DNA of 64,000 nucleotides from Puniceicoccales bacterium (GCA_031283585.1 JAITBP010000003.1:70845-134844); one strand, 5' to 3'; positions 21,391 to 30,379 are shown, counted from the first letter of the stretch. Notes: generated from the letters alone by a model not told the origin. Numbers and translations are program-made.

Positions 21391-21441
21391 TCCTATCAAT
21401 CTTGACAAAACCCTTTTGGGTGCTTCTATGCCTACATAGTT

Positions 21442-21591
21442 ATGAAACCTACCTATAACCCATCCAGGATAAAGAGAGCAAGAAAGTTTGGATTTCGGGC
21501 AAGGATGGCTACCTCTGGAGGCAGAGCGGTTCTTTCGGCCCGTAGACGTAAAGGCCGTAAAAGATTGTCGGCTAGTACCCCATGCAACTGA
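21442..21591 (+). CDS. rpmH: 50S ribosomal protein L34 (not in the supplied ORF track; 49 codons)
   Basis: My own translation gives [49 protein letters not shown]. This matches the L34 pattern (..P...[23 protein letters not shown]). It lies directly upstream of rnpA, as is conserved in bacteria. Confidence 0.9.
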   Translation: MKPTYNPSRIKRARKFGFRARMATSGGRAVLSARRRKGRKRLSASTPCN

Positions 21592-21926
21592 TCTCTCCAA
21601 ATAGATTGCTGAAGTCTCAAAGGATAAGAAGACAGCTTGACTTTAAAGCTTTTTGGAGTGTTCGGCCATGTTTTGATGGAGGGATGTTTTTAGTGAAAGC
21701 CCTAGGGAATGATTCCGGTCTTGGTAGGGCTAGGTTTGCCGTTGTGGTTGGCAAAAAGGTTGGCAATGCTGTTTACAGAAATCGTATAAAAAGGATTTTT
21801 CGTGAAATTTTTAGGTTGAACCAGCAGAAATTAAAGCAGGACTTCGATTATCTTGTGGTTGCCAAGCCAGGTATCATGGATGAATTCTATGATCTTCAGC
21901 GATTGTTTTTACATGTGGTCAGATGA
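21582..21926 (+). CDS. rnpA: Ribonuclease P protein component
   Basis: It has [25 protein letters not shown] (the RNR motif region). It sits after rpmH and overlaps it by 10 nt. Confidence 0.85.
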   Translation: MQLISPNRLLKSQRIRRQLDFKAFWSVRPCFDGGMFLVKALGNDSGLGRARFAVVVGKKVGNAVYRNRIKRIFREIFRLNQQKLKQDFDYLVVAKPGIMDEFYDLQRLFLHVVR

Positions 21927-22606
21927 AGGATTTTATTATAGTTGCCATCGATGGTACGGCTGCTTCAGGAAAATCCACAACGGCGGCTAGATTGGCTGAG
22001 GCTCTTGGTTGTATGAATGTAAACACCGGGAATCATTATCGATGTCTAACGTCGCTGTTGATTAGAGATGGTAATAGCTATGATGATTTTGATTCCATAG
22101 GCGAGTTTTTAGGTTCGGCTGTGCTGGACACAAAACTAAATGGCAATTGTGCTGACCTGGTAATCAATGGAATGACCAGGGATCAACTGGATGCAAGATC
22201 AGGCCTGGTTAATGATCAGGTGTCGATGTTTGCTAAAAATCAGGAGCTGAGAAAGTTTTTAAAAAAATATCAGCAGAGTCTTGTGGACTTCGCTCGCCAA
22301 AATGGTTTCGGTGGAATTGTCATGGAAGGCAGGGATATTTGCTCGGTGGTTTTACCCGAAGCAGACTTCAAATTTTTTCTGACTGCGGACAGGGGTGTAC
22401 GTGTGAATCGTTCTATTAATGATAATCGTAGTGACAATATTTGCCTGCGTGACAGCATTGATTATTCCGAGTCCAACATTACAAAAGATGCTATAAAAGT
22501 AGATACGACCCATTTAGATATGGATCAAGTCCTGGCGTTCATGATTGAAGTAATCACAGCTTCTATGCCAGCCCGCCGGATATCAGACTCACTAATAATT
22601 AAATGA
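21923..22606 (+). CDS. cmk: Cytidylate kinase
   Basis: The P-loop IIVAIDGTAASGKSTTA is present and the overall length is Cmk-like. Confidence 0.9.
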   Translation: MKDFIIVAIDGTAASGKSTTAARLAEALGCMNVNTGNHYRCLTSLLIRDGNSYDDFDSIGEFLGSAVLDTKLNGNCADLVINGMTRDQLDARSGLVNDQVSMFAKNQELRKFLKKYQQSLVDFARQNGFGGIVMEGRDICSVVLPEADFKFFLTADRGVRVNRSINDNRSDNICLRDSIDYSESNITKDAIKVDTTHLDMDQVLAFMIEVITASMPARRISDSLIIK

Positions 22607-22609
22607 TTA

Positions 22610-23287
22610 TTAATCAATTGCCATCGCTCTTAATGTGGGGATCGGAACTCCGCCACCAAGTGCCTCGGCTATGTTATTTGTGGGTGTTCCGGTGCCACTG
22701 TTTACCAACTTACCGTCCGATGGACCGGTGCCGAGATCACTAAACCACTCCACATGGCCATCTAGAAACCCAATGTATCCTCCTTTGTTTCCATAGATAC
22801 CGGTTGTATCCCATTTGCCATCGGCTCCAAGACCCCTGGTCCAGGCTATCGGTGTGATTGATGGATCAGCGTGGGCCGGAACTCCGGCAGCAACGCAAAT
22901 ACTTGTGATGGCATTCGTGAAATTGGAATCGGCAACACTGCCATCGGGCTTACAGATTATCTTCGAAGTGATTTTGGTGGCCATGGTATCATCCGGGAAT
23001 AGGTACATTCTGACATCATTCAGTAATCCGGCCTTGGCCAATATCACGGCCCATTCACCAACGGTATCCACTTCCTCGGGGTTAATGGTCGTACCTTCAC
23101 CATTCATGCTTGAAAATTGTAAATAGGCTTTAGCTATCTGGGCCACAGCATTGGCACCTTTCGTTCTTCTGCCCTGTTCCATGACCCTACTTGTTGCTGG
23201 CACAAGCATGGAGACCAATATGCCTATGACAGCCATGGCCACAAGTAACTCAACCAAAGTGAATCCACTTCTATGTTCCACACCCAC
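22610..23287 (-). CDS. Prepilin-type N-terminal cleavage/methylation domain protein (PVC-type pilin-like protein)
   Basis: The N-terminus is GFTLVELLVAMAVIGILVSMLVP. The C-terminal GFLDGHVEWF resembles the DGHV motif of the prepilin-associated domain that is abundant in Verrucomicrobia, Planctomycetes and Lentisphaerae. Confidence 0.75.
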   Translation of the reverse strand: MGVEHRSGFTLVELLVAMAVIGILVSMLVPATSRVMEQGRRTKGANAVAQIAKAYLQFSSMNGEGTTINPEEVDTVGEWAVILAKAGLLNDVRMYLFPDDTMATKITSKIICKPDGSVADSNFTNAITSICVAAGVPAHADPSITPIAWTRGLGADGKWDTTGIYGNKGGYIGFLDGHVEWFSDLGTGPSDGKLVNSGTGTPTNNIAEALGGGVPIPTLRAMAID

Positions 23288-23407
23288 GGTTGATTCGAAC
23301 TTTATGTATTGGGACCTAAATGTCTATATAATTTTATAAAACAACATCCATTTTGCAATTTGTTGATAATAAACGATCTATCTAACAAATTAGCTAAAAT
23401 TAATGTC

Positions 23408-24319
23408 CTAGTTTCGGCGTTTTTTACGTGCATGGAGAAAATTTTCCAATGATTTTATATAATGCTCATCGGTGGATATACTTAGAACATCTATCTTGGC
23501 CTTATTCAGTTTTTCGCAGAAATATGATTCTTTTTCTTTCATCCTGCTTATATACTTTTTAAGATAGGTCTTGTTGGATGTGTCGATTTCCAATACCTCG
23601 CCGGTTTCCATGTCTTCCAACGTGAGGATCCCAATATTTGGTATAAACGTCTCCCTTGGATCGCTTATCTTTATACATACCAGATCATGATGCCTGTCCG
23701 TAAGTTTAAGAGCTCTTATCATGTCATCGGACTTCTGATCCAGTTCATCGGTGGCGAAGTCACTTATTATAAAAATTATCGACCGTCTTTTCAAAATATT
23801 GTTCACATAGCCAAGTGTACCTACAAAATCCGTCCCATTGCCTGTGGGTTTATGAAACAGAATATCGCGTATTATGCGCAATGAATGCTTCCTTCCCTTG
23901 TCTGGCTTGATAAGTTTTTCCACAATATTTGTGAAAAGAATCAGTCCTACCTTGTCATTGTTTTTGTTGGCCGAAAATGCAAATAAGCTGGCCAACTCGG
24001 TGGCTATCTCACGCTTACTTCTCGAGCTACCGAAGTCCATAGATCCGCTCATATCAACTAGGATCATCATGGTAAGCTCGCGTTCTTCCTTAAATTTTTT
24101 TATGAATGGGCGATCCATTTTTGCCGTAACATTCCAGTCTATGGCTCTAACGTCATCGCCGGGCGCATATTCACGAACTTCCTCGAAATCAATACCTTGA
24201 CCTTTGAATATGCTTTTATAGGTACCGATGAGCTGGTCATTGAGTAGCCGGTCAGTGCTTATCTCAAGACATCTAACATGCTTCAGTATTTTTCGAGTAA
24301 CTTCGTTGCTGTAGGTCAT
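23408..24319 (-). CDS. DUF58 family protein (vWA-like, MoxR partner)
   Basis: It has GDDVRAIDWNVTAKMDRPFIKKFKEERE and the MIDAS-like LVDMSGSM. It lies directly downstream of the MoxR ATPase. Confidence 0.8.
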   Translation of the reverse strand: MTYSNEVTRKILKHVRCLEISTDRLLNDQLIGTYKSIFKGQGIDFEEVREYAPGDDVRAIDWNVTAKMDRPFIKKFKEERELTMMILVDMSGSMDFGSSRSKREIATELASLFAFSANKNNDKVGLILFTNIVEKLIKPDKGRKHSLRIIRDILFHKPTGNGTDFVGTLGYVNNILKRRSIIFIISDFATDELDQKSDDMIRALKLTDRHHDLVCIKISDPRETFIPNIGILTLEDMETGEVLEIDTSNKTYLKKYISRMKEKESYFCEKLNKAKIDVLSISTDEHYIKSLENFLHARKKRRN

Positions 24320-24336
24320 TTATTCATCATCAAATT

Positions 24337-25326
24337 TTATGGAACAGGTACCGTATTGAGAATCTTCGATACCACGGTTTCCGATGACATTTCTTCGGCT
24401 TCGGCTTCATAGGTCACTATGACCCGATGCCTCAGCACATCCATGCCAATGATCTTAACATCGTTTGGCGTCACATAGCCACGGCCCTGGAGAAAAGCCC
24501 AGGCCTTAGAAGCCAATGCCAGGGCGATGGTTGCTCTGGGTGATGCGCCAAACTGAATAAAATTATCCATGTCCAATTTGAAGTCACTTGGCTTCCGTGT
24601 TGCGAAGACAATATTTATGATATAGTCGCATACCTTATCGTCTATGTATATATTATCTAAAAGCTTCCTCGATTCCAATATCACCTCAGGGCTAATCACC
24701 TGGGTAACCTTCGGAACCTGGGACGTTTTCCCCATGGATGACATTATTTGTTTTTCTTCCAAAATGCTTGGATAATCTATGCTGAGCTTTAGCATAAACC
24801 TATCCACCTGAGCTTCGGGTAATGAATAGGTACCTTCTTGGTCCACAGGGTTTTGTGTAGCTATTACTATGAAGGGCTTTGGAAGGAAGAAGGTTTCCTC
24901 GCCCAACGTAACTTGTTTTTCCTGCATTGCCTCGAGCAATGCGCTCTGGACTTTGGCCGGTGCACGGTTTATTTCATCGGCCAATACAATGTTTGCAAAA
25001 ATTGGACCTTTTTTTGTTACAAATTCGGCGGTTTTTGGATTATATATCAGTGTGCCGATTATATCAGCTGGTAATAAATCCGGAGTAAATTGTATCCTCT
25101 TGAAGTCAGCTTTAATCGCATCCGACAGCGTTTTTACCGACAGAGTCTTGGCCAAGCCTGGTACACCTTCCACCAGTATGTGCCCTCCGGCCAGTAGTCC
25201 GACAATTATTCTGTCAACCATATATCGTTGACCGACAACAATTTTACCAACTTCATCTCGCAGTAGCGACACCCAGCTGGAAGATTCTCTTATTCTATTG
25301 TTAAGTTCTGCTAAATCTCCACTCAT
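24337..25326 (-). CDS. MoxR family AAA+ ATPase
   Basis: It has Walker A GHILVEGVPGLAKT, Walker B VLADEINRA and QNPVDQEGTYSLPEAQVDRF. Confidence 0.9.
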   Translation of the reverse strand: MSGDLAELNNRIRESSSWVSLLRDEVGKIVVGQRYMVDRIIVGLLAGGHILVEGVPGLAKTLSVKTLSDAIKADFKRIQFTPDLLPADIIGTLIYNPKTAEFVTKKGPIFANIVLADEINRAPAKVQSALLEAMQEKQVTLGEETFFLPKPFIVIATQNPVDQEGTYSLPEAQVDRFMLKLSIDYPSILEEKQIMSSMGKTSQVPKVTQVISPEVILESRKLLDNIYIDDKVCDYIINIVFATRKPSDFKLDMDNFIQFGASPRATIALALASKAWAFLQGRGYVTPNDVKIIGMDVLRHRVIVTYEAEAEEMSSETVVSKILNTVPVP

Positions 25327-25372
25327 ATCAAACTATGTTCAATAAGGATATTATCAGTAACTTACAATGCAA

Positions 25373-26893
25373 CTATGATTTTTGTATTTTTTGAAAATAT
25401 GGTCTAATAAATGGTAATATCAATAGTCCAATGGCGAAAATTGTTGTGCCATAGTGGCAAGCTGTGGTATCCCAGCTCCAAAATAGCGGTATGTATTTTT
25501 CAAGGCCACTGAGCACGTTTTCGATGGCCGCAGCGCCGATGCCAGCGAAGAACAACAACATATTGGTAATAGCTTCTATATTAACGAGTAATGACAGTAT
25601 CGTTAGAGTTCCTGCGATGATGGTGACCCAGGCCACGGGAATAACTACTATATTCGCCAATATGCCAACCAGACTTATGGATCCGAAATATTCAAAGATC
25701 AAAGGTAGGCTTGCCATATTGGCTGCCAGAGATATGGCCAGGGAATCTATGATGGCATAGATTATTTTTTTTAACAATTTAGAAGAGGCAGTTATTTCGT
25801 CTTTTGGTACAAATTTGTCTATAGATACAAAGGATTTTAGTTTATTTGCCAGTGGTACACCAAGCAGTATTATATAGTACGCTACGCCGTAGGACATCCT
25901 AAAGCCTGGGTCAAACAATTGTACTGGGTTGACCAATAGAGACAATACGGCCGCATTGATAAGCGAAGAAAATGTGTTTGGCTTTCGGTTGAAATAGCAG
26001 GCACTCCAATAGAACGATAGCATTATAAATGCTCTGGAAGCCGATGGCGGCGAGCCTATTATGCCAAGATATAGGAAGGCAATCACCAGGCAGGGAATTC
26101 TCCTAAATTTTTTTCTCAGGCCAAGTATTCTGAGCAACAGTTCAAGAGAAAAGCCTATTATTCCCATATGCAGACCGCTTACCGCTAAAAGATGTGCTGT
26201 ACCGGTGTTGTGGAAGCTGTTTTTTTGCTCTTTGGATAGATTTGTTTTGCTGCTTAAGAGCATCCCTGGCAATATGCTGAGGAACGACTTTGTTGTATTT
26301 TTGGTCAGGCCCTGGTTGATTTTTTCATGGGCAATGAAGTATAGTTCGAATAATTTGGTCCCGTTGTCTGTTATTTTTTCTACGGTCCCATTCGACGCAT
26401 AGAGGAATACTTTGGATCTGTACAGATAGGAAAAGAATGAATTGTTTTTATCTAAGTTGTCTATTTTTTCAATGGCCGCATAGGTTTTAAATGATTGGGA
26501 CTGAAACAGATTGGCGCTATTGGTTTTTAGCATAAAGTATATGGGTTTGTCGATGATTACCCTATCTTCAGCGTCCTTTATGATTCCTTTGCCATAGGCA
26601 TAAAGACCAGAGCGAAAATATTTGGTCGCGACCTTGGTTATATGTATTTCCAGGTGTTGTTTGGCCTGGTGGCTAGGATTAGGTGGAGCACTATCGATTT
26701 GCCACATAGCATTTAGGTAGGAAATCACAGAGACTAGGCACAGAATAAGTCTATTTAATTTTGGTCCAGGTACTATGCAAATAGCTGATGCAATAATGAA
26801 AATTATATAAATTCCCCAGGAAATTTGTGACAAAATTATTCCTACTATTATAGCAACCAGAGCGAATAATAGGGGAGGGTAGTTTTCCAGCAA
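25373..26893 (-). CDS. comEC: ComEC/Rec2 family DNA internalization membrane protein lacking the C-terminal MBL domain
   Basis: It is a polytopic membrane protein with the competence-domain motif TGTAHLLAVSGLHMGII. At only 506 aa it has no HxHxDH region. Confidence 0.8.
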   Translation of the reverse strand: MLENYPPLLFALVAIIVGIILSQISWGIYIIFIIASAICIVPGPKLNRLILCLVSVISYLNAMWQIDSAPPNPSHQAKQHLEIHITKVATKYFRSGLYAYGKGIIKDAEDRVIIDKPIYFMLKTNSANLFQSQSFKTYAAIEKIDNLDKNNSFFSYLYRSKVFLYASNGTVEKITDNGTKLFELYFIAHEKINQGLTKNTTKSFLSILPGMLLSSKTNLSKEQKNSFHNTGTAHLLAVSGLHMGIIGFSLELLLRILGLRKKFRRIPCLVIAFLYLGIIGSPPSASRAFIMLSFYWSACYFNRKPNTFSSLINAAVLSLLVNPVQLFDPGFRMSYGVAYYIILLGVPLANKLKSFVSIDKFVPKDEITASSKLLKKIIYAIIDSLAISLAANMASLPLIFEYFGSISLVGILANIVVIPVAWVTIIAGTLTILSLLVNIEAITNMLLFFAGIGAAAIENVLSGLEKYIPLFWSWDTTACHYGTTIFAIGLLILPFIRPYFQKIQKS

Positions 26894-26940
26894 TTTTTTG
26901 TACTTATTAAAAATTTGTGATGGATGTATCAGTTGGCCTC

Positions 26941-26958
26941 GATTTGTTCAATGCAAAA
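26941..26958. repeat. Direct repeat copy 1 (GATTTGTTCAATGCAAAA)
   Basis: This is an exact 18-mer that also occurs at 29949-29966. It lies 48 bp upstream of the comEC start and 106 bp upstream of the 958-aa ORF. Confidence 0.9.
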
Positions 26959-27064
26959 ATTTGTGACTTGAAAAATTTACACCAATCCTATTAACTGCGA
27001 TGATTTTATATAAAAAGCGTAAATAATTGTAGTTTTTATATTTTTTTAAATAATTGATTTTATT

Positions 27065-29941
27065 ATGTATCTATCTAGGGCTATCTTGTACAATATACTT
27101 ATCTGTGCGGGTTCTTTGTTATTTAGCGTAACCGCTCTGGGTGCTTCAACTACATCCTTTGCAAAACGGTATGATGAAATACGTGAATTTATTGATTCAG
27201 ATAAATGTAAACCTGAATACGAACAATCGCTGAAGTCTTTGGTTGGTAAAGAGTTTACTCTTACACAGGATTGTTTTGAAAAATTGGAAGACGATACCGT
27301 AACTCCTTTGGTCATCGATCTATTTGAAGGAAAGAACCTGGCTGTTGCCATAAAGAAAGTTATTGAGTTTTATCTGAATCCAGAAAATACCACGGATAAT
27401 GAAGGAAAGAATACTCCGTTCATTTTTGGACACTTTGGAATTGTAGATGACATCAGGAATAATGATGAGCTAAAAAATAAATTATCTTCTATTTTGGAAG
27501 AATTAAATAAGACGCATGAAATTGTAGATGGCTACGAAAATTATTTTGAAAAATTAATTACAATCAGACCTTTTTTGTTGGATGCTCATGATTTAATAGT
27601 CAAAGATGCTAACATTAAGGCCGACGGTGGTCTGGCGAAGTTTATTAAAGGTGCCATAAGGATTATCAACACAGTAGAAGCAAGTGGGATGGCAGCAGAA
27701 ATTTTGAAGACACTCAGAAGTGATGCAGAATCAGAGCTGCTTAGTGCAGGTGTTTCCAATGATGTTTCGGTAGATATTTCTAGTAATGGTGTTGTAAGCC
27801 TAAGCGCCGGAATAAGCTATTCGGTGAAAAAAGGAGTAGGAGCTAACTCTTTGTATGAAATATCTAGTAAAATTGGTGCTTCTGCTGGAGTCAAAATAAA
27901 AGTTCCTGGTGATATTTTTTCTCTTTCTGGAACCATTAGTGCAGAGGTTGCCTACACATCTCTTTTCTTCTCCATTGAGCAACTGCTAGATTCAGGTGAA
28001 TTACTGGCAGGAGATCAGCCAGGACATATTTCTAAAGCCCTTTTTAATGAGCTTTCTGGGAGTAGGCAAAGATTACAGGATAAAGAACGGGAATTGTTAG
28101 CTTGTTTTGGTACTGATGTCGAAAATTTCCTAAAGATGCTTATGGTTATACCTTTTGACGTGAATATACGTTGGCCACGAATTACCCGGGCCGAAGGAGC
28201 CATGTCGAGCGTTTCTAAAACATTGGAAGCTGCAATATCTGCAGAGATAACCAGTTTAATTGAGTTAGGATTTGAATTTACTTCAAGCTGTACAAGTACG
28301 ATTTACAAAAAATCGCATCCTTTTTTATCCCTGCTCAATGATGATTGTTTTCCAGCAAATAATCTAAATATAAAAGATATTAAGAAAATCATAGGCTCAA
28401 AATATGATCTTTCTGGCAATTTTATTAAGGACAAGCTTATTAAGGACAAGATTCCAGTCCTATATCAAAGTTATATATTTTTAGGAGACCTTCGTGATTA
28501 TGTTTCTACTCTGGCAGATTTGGCAGAATTGGCACAGGATATAAAAGTGCTTGTGGAAGCCAAAGATGATTATGGAAAAAAGAGTAAAATTTCAAAAATA
28601 GGATTTAGCTACGTGGTTGATAAAGAAAATGGGTCGGATACAGATAAAAAATTAAAAGCTAAAAAAGCCTTAGTAAAGGAATTGACAAAGAGAAAACATA
28701 AATATGAATCTAGCCTTTCTCCTAAGAATCTAATTGGCTCCGAAGGACGTTTAGGGGTTTTGAAAGCCTGTATTATCACCGCGGCGATTCTAAGAAGTGC
28801 AGCAAAAACAGAAGAGGAAATTTCTTTGTTTAGGAAGATGTTCATGGAGATTGAGAAACTATCGCTACTTTTGGAGTTGTCGAAGGATAAAAATTCTAGA
28901 AAAGGAAGTTTTTCTCATAGCGCAAACCAGAAACTTCGTGACATTGGATATGCCGGATCTATGACGGTCACTATTCCAGGAATTATTGAAAACGTTACCG
29001 TAAGTTGTGATTATCATAATGTTTCGAATAGCGTGTTTTTAGACGAGGACGGGACATCCATTTCGTTAACTATAAAAATACCATCATACTTTGTCGATAA
29101 AGATATTACTAATAAATTGATAAACCTTTGTAAAGAAAAATCCAAAAACTCTAAAATTGAATCGATCAAAAAAATATTTAGATGCATGAAAAACTCGATT
29201 AGTTGGTTTGCGTCAAAATATGATAATTTAACGGCTTCCGAGCTTATTCCTTTTGTCAACATAAAAAGCCTTATTTATCGGGGTGAAATAGAAATAAGTA
29301 CATCTATTGCAAAAATACCAGGTAACTCTTCGCCAGAATCATCAAAACCAAAACCTATACCTGGCAGAAAAAAGTTTATTAAAACCAAATCCAAATGGAA
29401 GCGGGTTTATTCTCAGTACAGTGTGGTTCTTCCATCGACCTATACAATACCAGGCAAAGAGGAGATAGAAAACAGCCTGAAAAAGATCGTACCAATAGAG
29501 GTAACCTTAACTAAAGAGCTTACCCAAAATACTCAACAACTTGGAACTGAGACTCTTAATTACATTGTTTCCAGGTTCAACGTGTGGCAAATGGGTCTTA
29601 GCGGAGAAGAGGATAACGTTAGTGTAACCTGGAATTCCTTTAAGAGTAGCAATAAACAAGAACTGTCAGGAATTATAAAAAATATAGGCAGTAGCAAACC
29701 AGGCATTCTTTATGAGCTGCAATGTATTTATAACGACAACCTAGGAAACGTTAATAAGATGACCAAAAAAGACAATAAGATTTTCGAGAACTTGCTTAAG
29801 TGTTGTAGTACTTTTGTACAAAACGAAACAGATGCCAACCTTAATGCAGCTCTAGACGCTTTAGATGAGGTACTAAAATTCAACTACAAAAACAATTTTC
29901 TTGTGCACTATAACAAGGCATTTTCTCTGAAAAAATCTTAA
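27065..29941 (+). CDS. Large secreted orphan protein (958 aa), function unknown
   Basis: The ORF is uninterrupted. It has a Sec-type signal peptide (LLFSVTALGA|STT), is K/S/N-rich, and carries an alternating-polarity beta-like segment at aa 228-303. I recognise no family motif, and the gene is more AT-rich than its neighbours. Confidence 0.6.
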   Translation: MYLSRAILYNILICAGSLLFSVTALGASTTSFAKRYDEIREFIDSDKCKPEYEQSLKSLVGKEFTLTQDCFEKLEDDTVTPLVIDLFEGKNLAVAIKKVIEFYLNPENTTDNEGKNTPFIFGHFGIVDDIRNNDELKNKLSSILEELNKTHEIVDGYENYFEKLITIRPFLLDAHDLIVKDANIKADGGLAKFIKGAIRIINTVEASGMAAEILKTLRSDAESELLSAGVSNDVSVDISSNGVVSLSAGISYSVKKGVGANSLYEISSKIGASAGVKIKVPGDIFSLSGTISAEVAYTSLFFSIEQLLDSGELLAGDQPGHISKALFNELSGSRQRLQDKERELLACFGTDVENFLKMLMVIPFDVNIRWPRITRAEGAMSSVSKTLEAAISAEITSLIELGFEFTSSCTSTIYKKSHPFLSLLNDDCFPANNLNIKDIKKIIGSKYDLSGNFIKDKLIKDKIPVLYQSYIFLGDLRDYVSTLADLAELAQDIKVLVEAKDDYGKKSKISKIGFSYVVDKENGSDTDKKLKAKKALVKELTKRKHKYESSLSPKNLIGSEGRLGVLKACIITAAILRSAAKTEEEISLFRKMFMEIEKLSLLLELSKDKNSRKGSFSHSANQKLRDIGYAGSMTVTIPGIIENVTVSCDYHNVSNSVFLDEDGTSISLTIKIPSYFVDKDITNKLINLCKEKSKNSKIESIKKIFRCMKNSISWFASKYDNLTASELIPFVNIKSLIYRGEIEISTSIAKIPGNSSPESSKPKPIPGRKKFIKTKSKWKRVYSQYSVVLPSTYTIPGKEEIENSLKKIVPIEVTLTKELTQNTQQLGTETLNYIVSRFNVWQMGLSGEEDNVSVTWNSFKSSNKQELSGIIKNIGSSKPGILYELQCIYNDNLGNVNKMTKKDNKIFENLLKCCSTFVQNETDANLNAALDALDEVLKFNYKNNFLVHYNKAFSLKKS

Positions 29942-29948
29942 AAATCTT

Positions 29949-29966
29949 GATTTGTTCAATGCAAAA
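29949..29966. repeat. Direct repeat copy 2 (GATTTGTTCAATGCAAAA)
   Basis: It is identical to 26941-26958. It starts 8 nt after the stop of the 958-aa ORF and lies 80 nt upstream of tRNA-Leu. Confidence 0.9.
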
Positions 29967-30008
29967 CAGCTATTCGGACCCGGTGACTGCCTGGATCAAT
30001 TTTTACTT

Positions 30009-30043
30009 GCAAATGCCACTGTAGTCGGCAGGTTGGCATTTGC
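30009..30043 (+). other. Strong hairpin abutting the 5' end of tRNA-Leu
   Basis: A perfect 10-bp stem forms between GCAAATGCCA (30009-30018) and TGGCATTTGC (30034-30043) with a 15-nt loop. There is no T-run, and it ends 2 nt before the tRNA. Confidence 0.5.
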
Positions 30044-30045
30044 TT

Positions 30046-30132
30046 GCCCGGATGGCGGAATTGGCAGACGCGTCGGACTCAAAATCCGATTCCAGTGATG
30101 GAGTGAGGGTTCGACCCCCTCTCCGGGCACCA
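30046..30132 (+). tRNA. tRNA-Leu (anticodon CAA), type II with long variable arm, CCA encoded
   Basis: I folded it by hand. The acceptor stem is GCCCGGA/TCCGGGC, the anticodon loop CTCAAAA sits on stem TCGGA/TCCGA, the variable arm is TCCAGTGATGGAGT, and the T-arm is GAGGG-TTCGACC-CCCTC followed by A-CCA. Confidence 0.9.
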
Positions 30133-30304
30133 TGTTATAGGTAAATCGACTGCTATAAATTATACGGTGTTGTCAGAAGTTAGTGTAAATAGTCATTGAA
30201 TGTTATTTTTGATTATCCGGTGTTGCTAGCAATAAATATGAAGTAACACCTAGGAAAACATTGACAAATCCCTGCGCAGCCGTTTATTGCAAAAACTGTT
30301 GTGT

Positions 30305-30379
<75 letters not shown>

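Noticed and set aside
21220-21600. 126-aa minus-strand ORF across the hldE-rnpA gap
   Set aside because: It is antisense to the clearly recognisable rpmH (L34) gene and to the 3' end of the heptose-1-P adenylyltransferase gene, so it is spurious.
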